64,000 nucleotides of DNA from Eledone cirrhosa (GCA_964016885.1 OZ024743.1:208630001-208694000), one strand, 5' to 3'. Shown: positions 12,501 to 28,820, counted from the stretch's first letter. Numbers and translations: made by a program. Notes: a model not told the origin generated them from the sequence alone.

Positions 12501-14650
12501 CACACATGAGAGCTCTTCACTCCATAAGATATACCACAGTTTACCATCCTATAGCCACACATGAAAGCTCTTCACTCCATAAGATATACCACAGTTTACC
12601 ATCCTGTAGCCACAGATGAAAGCTCTTCACTCCATAAGATATACCACAGTTTACCATCCGATAGCCACACATGAAAGCTCTTCACTCCATAAGATATACC
12701 ACAGCTTACCATCCTATAGCCAGATGAAAGCTCTTCACTCCATAAGATATACCACAGTTTACCATCCTATAGCCACAGATGAAAGCTCTTCACTCCATAA
12801 GATATACCACAGTTTACCATCCTATAGCCAGATGAAAGCTCTTCACTCCATAAGATATACCACAGTTTACCATCCTATAGCCACGCATGAAAGCTCTTCA
12901 CTCCATAAGATATACCTCAGTTTACCATCCTATAGCCACACATGAAAGCTCTTCACTCCATGAGATATACCACAGTTTACCATCCATTAGCCACCGATGA
13001 AAGCTCTTCACTCCATAAGATATACCACAGTTTACCATCCTATAGCCACAGATGAAAGCTCTTCACTCCATAACATACACCACATTTTACCATCCTATAG
13101 CCACACATTATAGGTCTTCACTCCATAAGATATACCACAGTTTACCATCCTATAGCCACACATGAAAGCTCTTCACTCCATAAGATATACCACAGTTTAC
13201 CATCCTATAGCCACAGATGAAAGCTCTTCACTCCATAAGATATAACATAGTTTACCATCCGATAGCCACACATGAAAATTCTTCACTCCATAAGATATAC
13301 CACAGTTTACCATCCTATAGCCACAGATGAAAGCTCTTCACTCCATAAGATATACCACAGTTTACCATCCTATAGCCAGATGAAAGCTCTTCACTCCATA
13401 AGATATACCACAGTTTACCATCCTATAGCCACGCATGAAAGCTCTTCACTCCATAAGATATACCACAGTTTACCATCCTATAGCCACACATGAAATCTCT
13501 TCACTCCATAAGATATACCACAGTTTACGATCCTATAGCCACAGATGAAAGCTCTTCACTCCATAACATATACCACATTTTACCATCCTATAGCCACACA
13601 TGAGAGCTCTTCACTCCATAAGATATACCACAGTTTACCATCCTATAGCCACACATGAAAGCTCTTCACTCCATAAGATATACCACAGTTTACGATCCTA
13701 TAGCCAGATGAAAGCTTTTCACTCCATAAGATATACCACAGTTTACCATCCTATAGCCACACATGAAAGCTCTTCACTCCATAAGATATACCACAGTTTA
13801 CCATCCTATAGACACACATGAAAGCTCTTCACTACATAAGATATACCACAGTTTACCATCCTATAGCTACACATGAAAGCTCTTCACTCCATAATATATA
13901 CCACAGTTTACCATCCTATGGCCACATATGAAAGCTCTTCACTCCATAAGATATACCACAGTTTATCATCCTATAGCCACAGATGAAAGCTCTTCACTCC
14001 ATAAGATATACCACAGTTTACCATCCTGTAGTCACAGATGAAAGCTCTTCACTCCATAAGATATACCACAGTTTACCATCCTATGGCCAGAGATGAAAGC
14101 TCTTCACTCCATAAGATATAACACAGTTTACCATCCTATAGCCACACATGGAAGCTCTTCACTCCATAATATATACCACAGTTTAACATCCTATAGCCAC
14201 AGATGAAAGCTCTTCAGTCCATAAGATATACCACAGTTTACCATCCTATAGCCACAGATGAAAGCTCTTCACTCCATAAGATATACCACAGTTTACCATC
14301 CTATAGCCACACATGAAAGCTCTTCACTCCATAAGATATACCACAGTTTACCATCCTATAGTCACAAATGAAAGCTCTTCACTCCATAAGATATACCACA
14401 GTTTACCATCCTATAGCCACGCCACGGGTGAAAGCTCTTCACTCCATAAGATATACCTCAGTTTATCATCCTATAGCCAGAGATCAAAGCTCTTCACTCC
14501 ATAAGATATACCACAGTTTACCATCCTATAGCCACACATGAAAGCTCTTCACTCCATAAGATATACCACAGTTTACCATCCTATAGCCACACATGGAAGC
14601 TCTTCACTCCATGAGATATACCACAGTTTACCATCCTATAGCCAGATGAA
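9520..14650 (+). repeat. Tandem duplication, offset 2695 bp, second copy shorter and slightly diverged
   Basis: ORF pairs 9921/12616, 10577/13272 and 10905/13600 are at offset 2695. ATTATAGGTC occurs at 10412 and 13107. Confidence 0.85.
11330..11890 (+). repeat. Tandem duplication of 5 monomers (275 bp)
   Basis: The series CTGTAGTCAC / TGGCCAGAG / TATAAC / ATAAT / CAGTCC occurs twice, with CTGTA at 11386 and 11661. It is single-copy in the homologous blocks near 14026 and 27631. Confidence 0.9.
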
Positions 14651-15399
14651 AGCTCTTCACTCCATAAGATATACCACAGTTTACCATCCTATAGCCACAC
14701 ATGAAAGCTCTTCACTCCATAAGATATACCACAATTTACCATCCTATAGCCACACATGAAAGCTCTTCACTCAATAAGATATACCACAGTTTACCATCCT
14801 ATAGTCACAAATGAAAGCTCTTCACTCCATAAGATATACCAAAGTTTACCATCCTATAGCCAGATGAAAGCTCTTCACTCCATAAGATATACCACAGTTT
14901 ACCATCCTATAGCCACACATGAAAGCTCTTCAGTCCACAAGATATAATACAGTTTACCATCCTATAGCCACAGATGAAAGCTCTTCACTCCATAAGATAT
15001 ACCACAGTTTACCATCCTATAGACACACATGAAATCTCTTCACTCCATAAGATATAACACAGTTTACCATCCTATAGTTACAGATGAAAGCTCTTCACCC
15101 CATAAGATATACTACAGTTTACCATCCTATAGCCACAGATGAAAGCTCTTCACTCCATAAGATATACAACAGTTTACCATCCTATAGCCGCAGATGAAAG
15201 CTCTTCACTCCATAAGATATACCACAGTTTACCATCCTATGGCCACAGATGAAAGCTCTTCACTCCCTAAGATATACCACAGTTTACCATCCTATAGCCA
15301 CACATGAAAGCTCTTCACTCCATAAGATATACCACAGTTTACCATCCTATAGCCACGCCACGGATGAAAGCTCTTCACTCCATAAGATATACCACAGTT

Positions 15400-18300
15400 T
15401 ACCATCCTATAGCCACGCCACGGATGAAAGCTCTTCACTCCATAAGATATACCACAGTTTACCATCCTATAGGCAGATGAAAGTTCTTCACTCCATAAGT
15501 TATACCACAGTTTACCATCATATAGCCACACATGAAAGCTCTTCACTCCATAACATATACCACAGTTTACCATCCTATAGTCACACATGGGAGCTCTTCA
15601 CTCCATAAGATATACCACAGTTTACTATCCTATAGCCACACATGAAAGCTCTTCACTCCATAAGATATACCACAGTTTACCATCCTATAGCCACAGATGA
15701 AAGCTCTTCACTCCATAAGATATACCACAGTTTACCGTCCTATAGCCAGATGAAAGCTCTTCACTCCATAAGATATACCACAGTTTACCATCCTATAGCC
15801 ACGCATGAAAGCTCTTCACTCCATAAGATATACCACAGTTTACCATCCTATAGCCACACATGAGAGCTCTTCACTCCATAAGATATACCACAGTTTACCA
15901 TCCTACAGCCACACATGAAAGTTTTTCACTCCATAAGATATACCACAGTTTACCATCCTATAGCCACAGATGAAAGCTCTTCACTCCATAAGATATACCA
16001 CAGTTTACCATCCGATAGCCACACATGAAAGCTCTTCACTCCATAAGATATACCACAGTTTACCATCCTATAGCCACACATGAAAGCTCTTCACTCCATA
16101 AGATATACCACAGTTTACCATCCTATAGCCACAGATGAAAGCTCTTCACTCCATAAGATATACCACAGTTTACCATCCTATAGCCACAGATGAAAGCTCT
16201 TCACTCCACAACATATACCACAGTTTCCCATCCTATAGCCACACATGAGAGCTCTTCACTCCATAAGATATACCACAGTTTACCATCCTATAACCACACA
16301 TGAAAGCTCTTCACTCCATAAGATATACCACAGTTTACCATCCTATAGCCAGATGAAAGCTTTTCAATCCATAAGATATACCACAGTTTACCATCCTATA
16401 GCCACACATGAAAGCTCTTCACTCCATAAGATATACCACAGTTTACTATCCTATAGTCACACATGAAAGCTCTTCACTCCAGAAGATATACCACAGTTTA
16501 CCATCCTATAGCCACACATGAAAGCTCTTCACTCCATAAGATATACCACAGTTTACCATCCTATGGCCACAGATGAAAGCTCTTCACTCCATAAGATATA
16601 CCACAGTTTACCATCCTATAGCCACAGATGAAAGCTCTTCACTCCATAAGATATACCACAGTTTACCATCCTATAGCCACAGATGAAAGCTCTTCATTCT
16701 ATAAGATATACCACAGTTTACCATCCTATAGCCACACATGAACGCTCTTCACTCCATAAGATATACCACAGTTTACCATCCTATAGCCACGCATGAAAGC
16801 TCTTCACTCCATAAGATATACCACAGTTTACCATCCTATAGCCACACATGAAAGCTCTTCACTCCATAAGATATACCACAGTTTACCATCCTATAGCCAC
16901 AGATGAAAGCTCTTCACTCCATAAGATATACCACAGTTTACCATCCTATAGCCGCAGATGAAAGCTCTTCACTCCATAAGATATACCACAGTTAACCATC
17001 CCATAGCCACACATGAGAGCTCTTCACTCCATAAGATATACCACAGTTTACCATCCTATAGCCACACATGAAAGCTCTTCACTCCATAAGATATACCACA
17101 GTTTACCACCCTATAGCCAGATGAAAGCTTTTCAATCCATAAGATATACCACAGTTTACCATCCTATAGCCACAGATGAAAGCTCTTCACTCCATAACAT
17201 ATACCACAGTTAACCATCCTATAGCCACACATGAGAGCTCTTCACTCCATAAGATATACCACAGTTTACCATCCTATAGCCACACATGAAAGCTCTTCAG
17301 TCCACAAGATATAACACATTTTACCATCCTATAGCCACAGATGAAAGCTCTTCACTCCATAAGATATACCACAGTTTACCATCCTATAGCCACAGATGAA
17401 AGCTCTTCACTCCATAAGATATACCACAGTTTACCATCCTATAATCACAGATGAAAGCTCTTCACTCCATAAAATATACCACAGTTTACCATCCTATAGC
17501 CACAGATGAAAGCTCTTCACTCCATAAGATATACAACAGTTTACCATCCTATAGCCAGATGAAAGCTCTTCACTCCATAAGATATACCACAGTTTACCAT
17601 CCTATAGCCACAGATGAAAGCTCTTCACTCCATAAGATATACCACAGTTTACCATCCTATAGCCACGCCACGGATGAAAGCTCTTCACTCCATAAGATAT
17701 ACCACAGTTTACCATCCTATAGGCAGATGAAAGTTCTTCACTCCATAAGATATACCACAGTTTACCATCATATAGCCACACATGAAAGCTCTTCACTCCA
17801 TAACATATACCACAGTTTACCATCCTATAGTCACACATGAGAGCTCTTCACTCCATAAGATATACCACAGTTTACCATCCTATAGCCACACATGAAAGCT
17901 CTTCACTCCATAAGATATACCACAGTTTACCATCCTATAGCCACAGATGAAAGCTCTTCACTCCATAAGATATACCACAGTTTACCGTCCTATAGCCAGA
18001 TGAAAGCTCTTCACTCCATAAGATATACCACAGTTTACCATCCTATAGCCACGCATGAAAGCTCTTCACTCCATAAGATATACCACAGTTTACCATCCTA
18101 TAGCCACACATGAGAGCTCTTCACTCCATAAGATATACCACAGTTTACCATCCTAAAGCCACAGATGAAAGCTCTTCACTCCATAAGATATACCACAGTT
18201 TACCATCCGATAGCCACACATGAAAGCTCTTCACTCCATAAGATATACCACAGTTTACCATCCTATAGCCACACATGAAAGCTCTTCACTCCATAAGATA

Positions 18301-19420
18301 TACCACAGTTTACCATCCTATAGCCACAGATGAAAGCTCTTCACTCCATAAGATATACCACAGTTTACCATCCTATAGCCACAGATGAAAGCTCTTCACT
18401 CCACAACATATACCACAGTTTCCCATCCTATAGCCACACATGAGAGCTCTTCACTCCATAAGATATACCGCAGTTTACCATCCTATAATCACACATGAAA
18501 GCTCTTCACTCCATAAGATATACCACAGTTTACCATCCGATAGCCACACATGAAAGCTCTTCACTCCATAAGATATACCACAGTTTACCATCCTATGGCC
18601 ACAGATGAAAGCTCTTCACTCCATAAGATATACCACAGTTTACCATCCTATAGCCACAGATGAAAGCTCTTCACTCCATAAGATATACCACAGTTTACCA
18701 TCCTATAGCCACAGATGAAAGCTCTTCATTCTATAAGATATACAACAGTTTACCATCCTATAGCCACACATGAACGCTCTTCACTCCATAAGATATACCA
18801 CAGTTTACCATCCTATAGCCACGTATGAAAGCTCTTCACTCCATAAGATATACCACAGTTTACCATCCTATAGCCACACATGAAAGCTCTTCACTCCATA
18901 AGATATACCACAGTTTACCATCCTATAGCCACAGATGAAAGCTCTTCACTCCATAAGATATACCACAGTTTACCATCCTATAGCCGCAGATGAAAGCTCT
19001 TCACTCCATAAGATATACCACAGTTAACCATCCTATAGCCACACATGAGAGCTCTTCACTCCATAAGATATACCACAGTTTACCATCCTATAGCCACACA
19101 TGAAAGCTCTTCACTCCATAAGATATACTACAGTTTACCATCCTATAGCCAGATGAAAGCTTTTCAATCCATAAGATATACCACAGTTTACCATCCTATA
19201 GCCACAGATGAAAGCTCTTCACTCCATAACATATACCACAGTTAACCATCCTATAGCCACACATGAGAGCTCTTCACTCCATAAGATATACCACAGTTTA
19301 CCATCCTATAGCCACACATGAAAGCTTTTCAGTCCACAAGATATAACACATTTTACCATCCTATAGCCACAGATGAAAGCTCTTCACTCCATAAGATATA
19401 CCACAGTTTACCATCCTATA
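15400..19420 (+). repeat. Overlapping local duplications, offsets ~2250 and ~2032 bp
   Basis: ORF pairs 15642/17892 (offset 2250) and 17013/19045 (offset 2032). Shared rare variants AGGCAGATG (~15471/17721) and GAACGCTC (~16740/18772). Confidence 0.75.
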
Positions 19421-22400
19421 GCCACACATGAAAGCTCTTCACTCCATAAGATATAACACAGTTTACCATCCTATAGTTACAGATGAAAGCTCTTCACCCC
19501 ATAAGATATACTACAGTTTACCATCCTATAGCCGCAGATGAAAGCTCTTTACTCCATAAGATATACGACAGTTTACCATCCTATAGCCGCAGATGAAAGC
19601 TCTTCACTCCATAAGATATACCACAGTTTACCATCCTATTACCACAGATGAAAGCTCTTCACTCCCTAAGATATACCACAGTTTACCATCCTATAGCCAC
19701 ACATGAAAGCTCTTCACTCCATAAGATATACCACAGTTTACCATCCTATAGCCACACATGAAAGCTCTTCACTCCATAAGATATACCACAATTTACCATT
19801 CTATAGCCAGATGAAAGCTCTTCACTCCATAAGATATACCACAGTTTACCATCCTATAACCAGATGAAAGCTCTTCACTCCATAAGATATACCACAGTTT
19901 ACCATCCTATGGCCACAGATGAAAGCTCTTCACTCCATAAGATATACCACAGTTTACCATCCTATAGCCGCAGATGAAAGCTCTTCACTCCATAAGATAT
20001 ACCACAGTTTACCATCCTATGGCCACAGATGAAAGCTCTTCACTCCATAAGATATACCACAGTTTACCATCCTATAGCCACACATGAAAGCTCTTCACTC
20101 CATAAGATATACCACAGTTTACCATCCTATAGCCAGATGAAAGCTCTTCACTCCATAAGATATACCACAGTTTACCATCCTATAGCCACAGATGAAAGCT
20201 CTTCACTCCATAACATATACTACAGTTTACCATCATTTAGGCACACATGAAAGCTCTTCACTTTCATAAGATATACCACAATTTACAATCCTATAGCCAC
20301 ACATGAACGCTTTTCACTCAATAAGATATACCACAGTTTACCATCCTATAGCCACACATGAAAGCTCTTCACTCCATAAGATATAACACAGTTTACAATC
20401 CTATAGTTACAGATGAAAGCTCTTCACTCCATAAGATATGCGACAGTTTACCATCCTATAGCCGCAGATGAAAGCTCTTCACTCCATAAGATATAACACA
20501 GTTTACCATCCTATAGCCACAGATGAAAGCTCTTCACTCCATAAGATATACCACAGTTTACCATCCTATAGCCACACATGAAAGCTCTTCACTCCATGAG
20601 ATATACCACAGTTTACCATCCTATAGCCACACATGAAAGCTCTTCACTCCATAAGATATACCACAGTTTACCATCCTATAGCCACACATGGAAGCTCTTC
20701 ACTCCATGAGATATACCACAGTTTACCATCCTATAGCCACACATGAAAGCTCTTCACTCCATAAGATATACCACAGTTTACCATCCTATAGCCACAAATG
20801 AAAGCTCTTCACTCCATAAGATATACCACAGTTTACCATCCTATAGCCACACATGGAAGCTCTCACTCCATGAGATATACCACAGTTTACCATCCTATAG
20901 CCACACATGAAAGCTCTTCACTCCATAAGATATACCACAGTTTACCATCCTATAGCCAGATGAAAGCTCTTCACTCCATAAGATATACCACAGTTTACCA
21001 TCCTATAGCCACACATGAAAGCTCTTCACTCCATAAGATATACCACAATTTACCATCCTATAGCCACACATGAAAGCTCTTCACTCAATAAGATATACCA
21101 CAGTTTACCATCCTATAGCCACAATTGAAAGCTCTTCACTCCATAAGATATACCAAAGTTTACCATCCTATAGCCAGATGAAAGCTCATCGCTCCATAAG
21201 ATATACCACAGTTTACCATCCTATAGCCACACATGAAAGCTCTTCACTCCATAAGATATAACACAGTTTACCATCCTATACCCACAGATAAAAGCTCTTC
21301 ACTCCATAAGATATACCACAGTTTACCATCCTATAGCCATAGATGAAAGCTGTTCACTCCATAAGATATACCACAGTTTACCATCCTATAGCCACACATG
21401 AAAGCTCTTTACTCCATAAGATATACCACAGTTTACCATCCTATAGCCACACATGGAAGCTCTTCACTCCATGAGATATACCACAGTTAACCATCCTATA
21501 GCCACACATGAAAGCTTTTCATTCCATAAGATATACCACAGTTTACCATCCTATAGCCAGATGAAAGCTCTTCACTCCATAAGGTATACCACAGTTTACC
21601 ATCCTATAGCCACAAATGAAAGCTCTTCACTCCATAAGATATACCACAGTTTACCATCCTATAGCCAGATGAAAGCTCTTCACTCCATAAGATATACCAC
21701 AGTTTACCATCCTATAGCCACAGATGAAAGCTCTTCACTCCATCAGATATACCACAGTTTACCATCCTATAGCCAGATGAAAGCTCTTCACTCCATAAGA
21801 TATACCACAGTTTACCATCCTATAGCCACACATGAAAGCTCTTCACTCCATAAGATATACCACAGTTTACCATCCTATAGCCACAGATGAAAGCTCTTCT
21901 CTCCACAACATATACCACAGTTTCCCATCCTATAGCCACACATGAGAGCTCTTCACTCCATAAGATATACCACAGTTTACCATCCTATAGCCACACATGA
22001 AAGCTCTTCACTCCATAAGATATACCACAGTTTACCATCCGATAGCCACACATGAAAGCTCTTCACTCCATAAGATATACCACAGTTTACCATCCTATAA
22101 CCAGATGAAAGCTTTTCAATCCACAAGATATACCACAGTTTACCATCCTATAGCCACACATGAAAGCTCTTCACTCCATAAGATATACCACAGTTTACTA
22201 TCCTATAGTCACACATGAAAGCTCTTCACTCCAGAAGATATACCACAGTTTACCATCCTATAGCCACACATGAAAGCTCTTTACTCCATAAGATATACCA
22301 CAGTTTACCATCCTATGGCCACAGATGAAAGCTCTTCACTCCATAAGATATACCACAGTTTACCATCCTATAGCCACAGATGAAAGCTCTTCACTCCATA

Positions 22401-25400
22401 AGATATACCACAGTTTACCATCCTATAGCCACGCATGAAAGCTCTTTACTCCATAAGATATACCACAGTTTACCATCCTATAGCCATGGATGAAAGCTCT
22501 TCACTCCATAAGATATACCACAGTTTACCATCCTATAGCCACAGATGAAAGCTCTTCACTCCATAAGATATACCACAGTTTACCATCCGATAGCCACACA
22601 TGAAAGCTCTTCACTCCATAAGATATACCACAGTTTACCATCCTACAGCCACAGATGAAAGCTTTTCATTCTATAAGATATACCACAGTTTACCATCCTA
22701 TAGCCACACATGAAAGCTCTTCACTCCATAAGATATACCACAGTTTACCATCCTATAACCACGCATGAAAGCTCTTCACTCCATAAGATATACCACAGTT
22801 TACCATCCTATAGCCACACATGAAAGCTCTTCACTCCATAAGATATACCACAGTTTACCATCATATAGCCACAGATGAAAGCTCTTCACTCCATAAGATA
22901 TACCACAGTTTACCATCCTATAGCCACAGATGAAAGCTCTTCATTCTATAAGATATACCACAGTTTACCATCCTATAGCCACACATGAAAGCTCTTCACT
23001 CCATAACATATACCACAGTTAACCATCGTATAGCCACACATGAGAGCTCTTTACTCCATAAGATATACCACAGTTTACCATCCTATAGCCATGGATGAAA
23101 GCTCTTCACTCCATAAGATATACCACAGTTTACCATCCTATAGCCACAGATGAAAGCTCTTCACTCCATAAGATATACCATAGTTTACCATCCGATAGCC
23201 ACACATGAAAGCTCTTCACTCCATAAGATATACCACAGTTTACCATCCTATAGCCAGATGAAAGTTCTTCACTCCATAAGATATACCACAGTTTACCATC
23301 CTATAGCTAGAAAATGAAATCTCTTCACTCCATAACATATACCACAGTTTACCATCCTATAGTCACACATGAGAGCTCTTCACTCCATAAGATATACCAC
23401 AGTTTACCATCCTATAGCCACAGGTGAAAGCTCTTCACTCCATAAGATATACCACAGTTTACCATCCTATAGCCACAGATGAAAGCTCTTCACTCCACAA
23501 CATATACCACAGTTTACCATCCTATGGCCACACATGAGAGCTCTTCACTCCATAAGATATACCACAGTTTACCATCCTATAGCCACACATGAAAGCTCTT
23601 CACTCCATAAGATATACCACAGTTTACCATCCTATGGCCACAGATGAAAGCTCTTCACTCCATAAGATATACCACAGTTTACCATCCGATAGCCTCACAT
23701 GAAAGCTCTTCACTCCATAAGATATACCACAGTTTACCATCCTATAGCCACACATGAAAGCTCTTCACTCCATAAGATATACCACAGTTTACTATCCTAT
23801 AGTCACACATGAAAGCTCTTCACTCCAGAAGATATACCACAGTTTACCATCCTATAGCCACACATGAAAGCTCTTCACTCCATGAGATATACCACAGTTT
23901 ACCATCCTATGGCCACAGATGAAAGCTCTTCACTCCATAAGATATACCACAGTTTACCATCCTATAATCACAGATGAAAGCTCTTCACTCCATAAAATAT
24001 ACCACAGTTTACCATCCTATAGCCACAGATGAAAGCTCTTCACTCCATAAGATATACAACAGTTTACCATCCTATAGCCAGATGAAAGCTCTTCACTCCA
24101 TAAGATATACCACAGTTTACCATCCTATAGCCACAGAGGAAAGCTCTTCACACCATAAGATATACCACAGTTTACCATACTATAGCCACGCCACGGATGA
24201 AAGCTCTTCACTCCATAAGATATACCACAGTTTACCATCCTATAGCCACGCCACGGATGAAAGCTCTTCACTCCATAAGATATACCACAGTTTACCGTCC
24301 TATAGCCAGATGAAAGCTCTTCACTCCATAAGATATACCACAGTTTACCATCCTATAGCCACGCATGAAAGCTCTTCACTCCATAAGATATACCACAGTT
24401 TACCATCCTATAGCCACACATGAGAGCTCTTCACTCCATAAGATATACCACAGTTTACCATCCTACAGCCACACATGAAAGTTTTTCACTCCATAAGATA
24501 TACCACAGTTTACCATCCTATAGCCACAGATGAAAGCTCTTCACTCCATAAGATATACCACAGTTTACCATCCGATAGCCACACATGAAAGCTCTTCACT
24601 CCATAAGATATACCACAGTTTACCATCCTATAGCCAGATGAAAGCTTTTCACTCCATAAGATATACCACAGTTTACCATCCTATAGCCACACATGAAAGC
24701 TCTTCACTCCATAAGATATACCACAGTTTACTATCCTATAGTCACACATGAAAGCTCTTCACTCCAGAAGATATACCACAGTTTACCATCCTATAGCCAC
24801 ACATGAAAGCTCTTCACTCCATGAGATATACCACAGTTTACCATCCTATGGCCACAGATGAAAGCTCTTCACTCCATAAGATATACCACAGTTTACCATC
24901 CTATAGCCACAGATGAAAGATCTTCACTCCATAAGATATACCACAGTTTACCATCCTATAGCCACAGATGAAAGCTCTTCATTTTATAAGATATACCACA
25001 GTTTACCATCCTATAGCCACACATGAAAGCTCTTCACTCCATAAGATATACCACAGTTTACCATCCTATAGCCACGCATGAAAGCTCTTCACTCCATAAG
25101 ATATACGATCCTTTAGCCACACATGAAAGCTCTTCACTCCATAAGATATACCACAGTTTACCATCCTATAGCCACAGATGAAAGCTCTTCACTCCATAAG
25201 ATATACCACAGTTTACCATCCTATAGCCACAGATGAAAGCTCTTCACTCCATAACATATACCACAGTTTACCATCCTATAGCCACACATGAAAGCTCTTC
25301 ACTCCATAAGATATACCACAATTTACCATCCTATAGCCACAGGTGAAAGCTCATCACTCCATAAGATATACCACAGTTTACTATCCTATAGCCACAGATG

Positions 25401-28400
25401 AAAGCTCTTCACTCCACAACATATACCACAGTTTACCATCCTATAGCCACACATGAGAGCTCTTCACTCCATAAGATATACCACAGTTTACCATCCTATA
25501 GCCACACATGAAAGCTCTTCACTCCATAAGATATACCACAGTTTACCATCCTATAGCCAGAGATGAAAGCTCTTCACTCCATAAGATATACCACAGTTTA
25601 CCATCCAATAGCCACACATGAAAGCTCTTCACTCCATAAGATATACCACAGTTTACCATCCTATAGCCACAGATGAAAGCTCTTCACTCCATAAGATATA
25701 CCACAGTTTACCATCCTATAGCCACAGACGAAAGCTCTTCACTCCATAACATATACCACAGTTAACCATCCTATAGCCACACATGAGAGCTCTTCACTCC
25801 ATAAGATATACCACAGTTTACCATCCTACAGCCACACATGAAAGCTCTTCACTCCATAAGATATACCACAGTTTACCATCCTATAGCCACAGATGAAAGC
25901 TCTTCACTCCATAAGATATACCATAGTTTACCATCCGATAGACACACATGAAAGCTCTTCACTCCATAAGATATACCACAGTTTACCATCCTATAGCCAG
26001 ATGAAAGTTCTTCACTCCATAAGATATACCACAGTTTACCATCCTATAGCCACACATGAAAGCTCTTCACTCCATAACATATACCACAGTTTACCATCCT
26101 ATAGTCACACATGAGAGCTCTTCACTCCATAAGATATACCACAGTTTACCATCCTATAGCCACACATGAAAGCTCTTCACTCCATAAGATATACCACAGT
26201 TTACCATCCTGTAGCCACAGATGAAAGCTCTTCACTCCATAAGATATACCACAGTTTACCATCCGATAGCCACACATGAAAGCTCTTCACTCCATAAGAT
26301 ATACCACAGCTTACCATCCTATAGCCAGATGAAAGCTCTTCACTCCATAAGATATACCACAGTTTACCATCCTATAGCCACAGATGAAAGCTCTTCACTC
26401 CATAAGATATACCACAGTTTACCATCCTATAGCCAGATGAAAGCTCTTCACTCCATAAGATATACCACAGTTTACCATCCTATAGCCACGCATGAAAGCT
26501 CTTCACTCCATAAGATATACCTCAGTTTACCATCCTATAGCCACACATGAAAGCTCTTCACTCCATGAGATATACCACAGTTTACCATCCATTAGCCACC
26601 GATGAAAGCTCTTCACTCCATAAGATATACCACAGTTTACCATCCTATAGCCACAGATGAAAGCTCTTCACTCCATAACATACACCACATTTTACCATCC
26701 TATAGCCACACATTATAGGTCTTCACTCCATAAGATATACCACAGTTTACCATCCTATAGCCACACATGAAAGCTCTTCACTCCATAAGATATACCACAG
26801 TTTACCATCCTATAGCCACAGATGAAAGCTCTTCACTCCATAAGATATAACATAGTTTACCATCCGATAGCCACACATGAAAGCTCTTCACTCCATAAGA
26901 TATACCACAGTTTACCATCCTATAGCCACAGATGAAAGCTCTTCACTCCATAAGATATACCACAGTTTACCATCCTATAGCCAGATGAAAGCTCTTCACT
27001 CCATAAGATATACCACAGTTTACCATCCTATAGCCACGCATGAAAGCTCTTCACTCCATAAGATATACCACAGTTTACCATCCTATAGCCACACATGAAA
27101 TCTCTTCACTCCATAAGATATACCACAGTTTACGATCCTATAGCCACAGATGAAAGCTCTTCACTCCATAACATATACCACATTTTACCATCCTATAGCC
27201 ACACATGAGAGCTCTTCACTCCATAAGATATACCACAGTTTACCATCCTATAGCCACACATGAAAGCTCTTCACTCCATAAGATATACCACAGTTTACGA
27301 TCCTATAGCCAGATGAAAGCTTTTCACTCCATAAGATATACCACAGTTTACCATCCTATAGCCACACATGAAAGCTCTTCACTCCATAAGATATACCACA
27401 GTTTACCATCCTATAGACACACATGAAAGCTCTTCACTACATAAGATATACCACAGTTTACCATCCTATAGCTACACATGAAAGCTCTTCACTCCATAAT
27501 ATATACCACAGTTTACCATCCTATGGCCACATATGAAAGCTCTTCACTCCATAAGATATACCACAGTTTATCATCCTATAGCCACAGATGAAAGCTCTTC
27601 ACTCCATAAGATATACCACAGTTTACCATCCTGTAGTCACAGATGAAAGCTCTTCACTCCATAAGATATACCACAGTTTACCATCCTATGGCCAGAGATG
27701 AAAGCTCTTCACTCCATAAGATATAACACAGTTTACCATCCTATAGCCACACATGAAAGCTCTTCACTCCATAATATATACCACAGTTTACCATCCTATA
27801 GCCACAGATGAAAGCTCTTCAGTCCATAAGATATACCACAGTTTACCATCCTATAGCCACAGATGAAAGCTCTTCACTCCATAAGATATACCACAGTTTA
27901 CCATCTTATAGCCACGCCACGGATGAAAGCTCTTCACTCCATAAGATATACCACAGTTTACCATCCTATAGCCACGCCACGGATGAAAGCTCTTCACTCC
28001 ATAAGATATACCTCAGTTTATCATCCTATAGCCAGAGATCAAAGCTCTTCACTCCATAAGATATACCACAGTTTACCATCCTATAGCCACACATGAAAGC
28101 TCTTCACTCCATAAGATATACCACAGTTTACCATCCTATAGCCACACATGGAAGCTCTTCACTCCATGAGATATACCACACTTTACCATCCTATAGCCAG
28201 ATGAAAGTTCTTCACTCCATAAGATATACCACAGTTTACCATCCTATAGCCACACATGAAAGCTCTTCACTCCATAACATATACCACAGTTTACCATCCT
28301 ATAGTCACACATGAGAGCTCTTCACTCCATAAGATATACCACAGTTTACCATCCTATAGCCACACATGAAAGCTCTTCACTCCATAAGATATACCACAGT

Positions 28401-28820
28401 TTACCATCCTATAGCCACAGATGAAAGCTCTTCACTCCACAACATATACCACAGTTTACCATCCTATAGCCACACATGAGAGCTCTTCACTCCATAAGAT
28501 ATACCACAGTTTACCATCCTATAGCCACACATGAAAGCTCTTCACTCCATAAGATATACCACAGTTTACCATCCTGTAGCCACAGATGAAAGCTCTTCAC
28601 TCCATAAGATATACCACAGTTTACCATCCGATAGCCACACATGAAAGCTCTTCACTCCATAAGATATACCACAGCTTACCATCCTATAGCCAGATGAAAG
28701 CTCTTCACTCTATAAGATATACCACAGTTTACCATCCTATAGCCACAGATGAAAGCTCTTCACTCCATAAGATATACCACAGTTTACCATCCTATAGCCA
28801 GATGAAAGCTCTTCACTCCC
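18818..28820 (+). repeat. Large higher-order duplication, copy B (pairs with 1-12850)
   Basis: Same ordered rare variants as copy A: 56-bp CACTTTCAT monomer (1430/20247), GCTAGAAAATG (6841/23306), 45-bp monomer (8613/25078), ATTATAGGTC (10412/26712). It lacks the 2352-bp and 275-bp internal duplications of copy A. Correspondence ends at the CCCTAAG variant near 28820. Confidence 0.9.

Larger units (their letters stand above)
1..12850 (+). repeat. Large higher-order duplication, copy A (pairs with ~18818-28820)
   Basis: The rare junction GCCACGTATG occurs at 1 and 18818. ORF-track patterns recur at offset 18817 (228/19045, 1212/20029, 1981/20798, 2636/21453, 3180/21997), then at 16410-16465 (7564/23974, 9428/25893), 16300 (10577/26877) and 15970 (11838/27808, 12616/28586). 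Rare variants are shared in the same order. Confidence 0.9.

Noticed and set aside
15292-17838. Two minus-strand ORFs (MCDYRMVNCG...)
   Set aside because: Chance read-through of the reverse-complement repeat where 60-mers and point variants remove stops.
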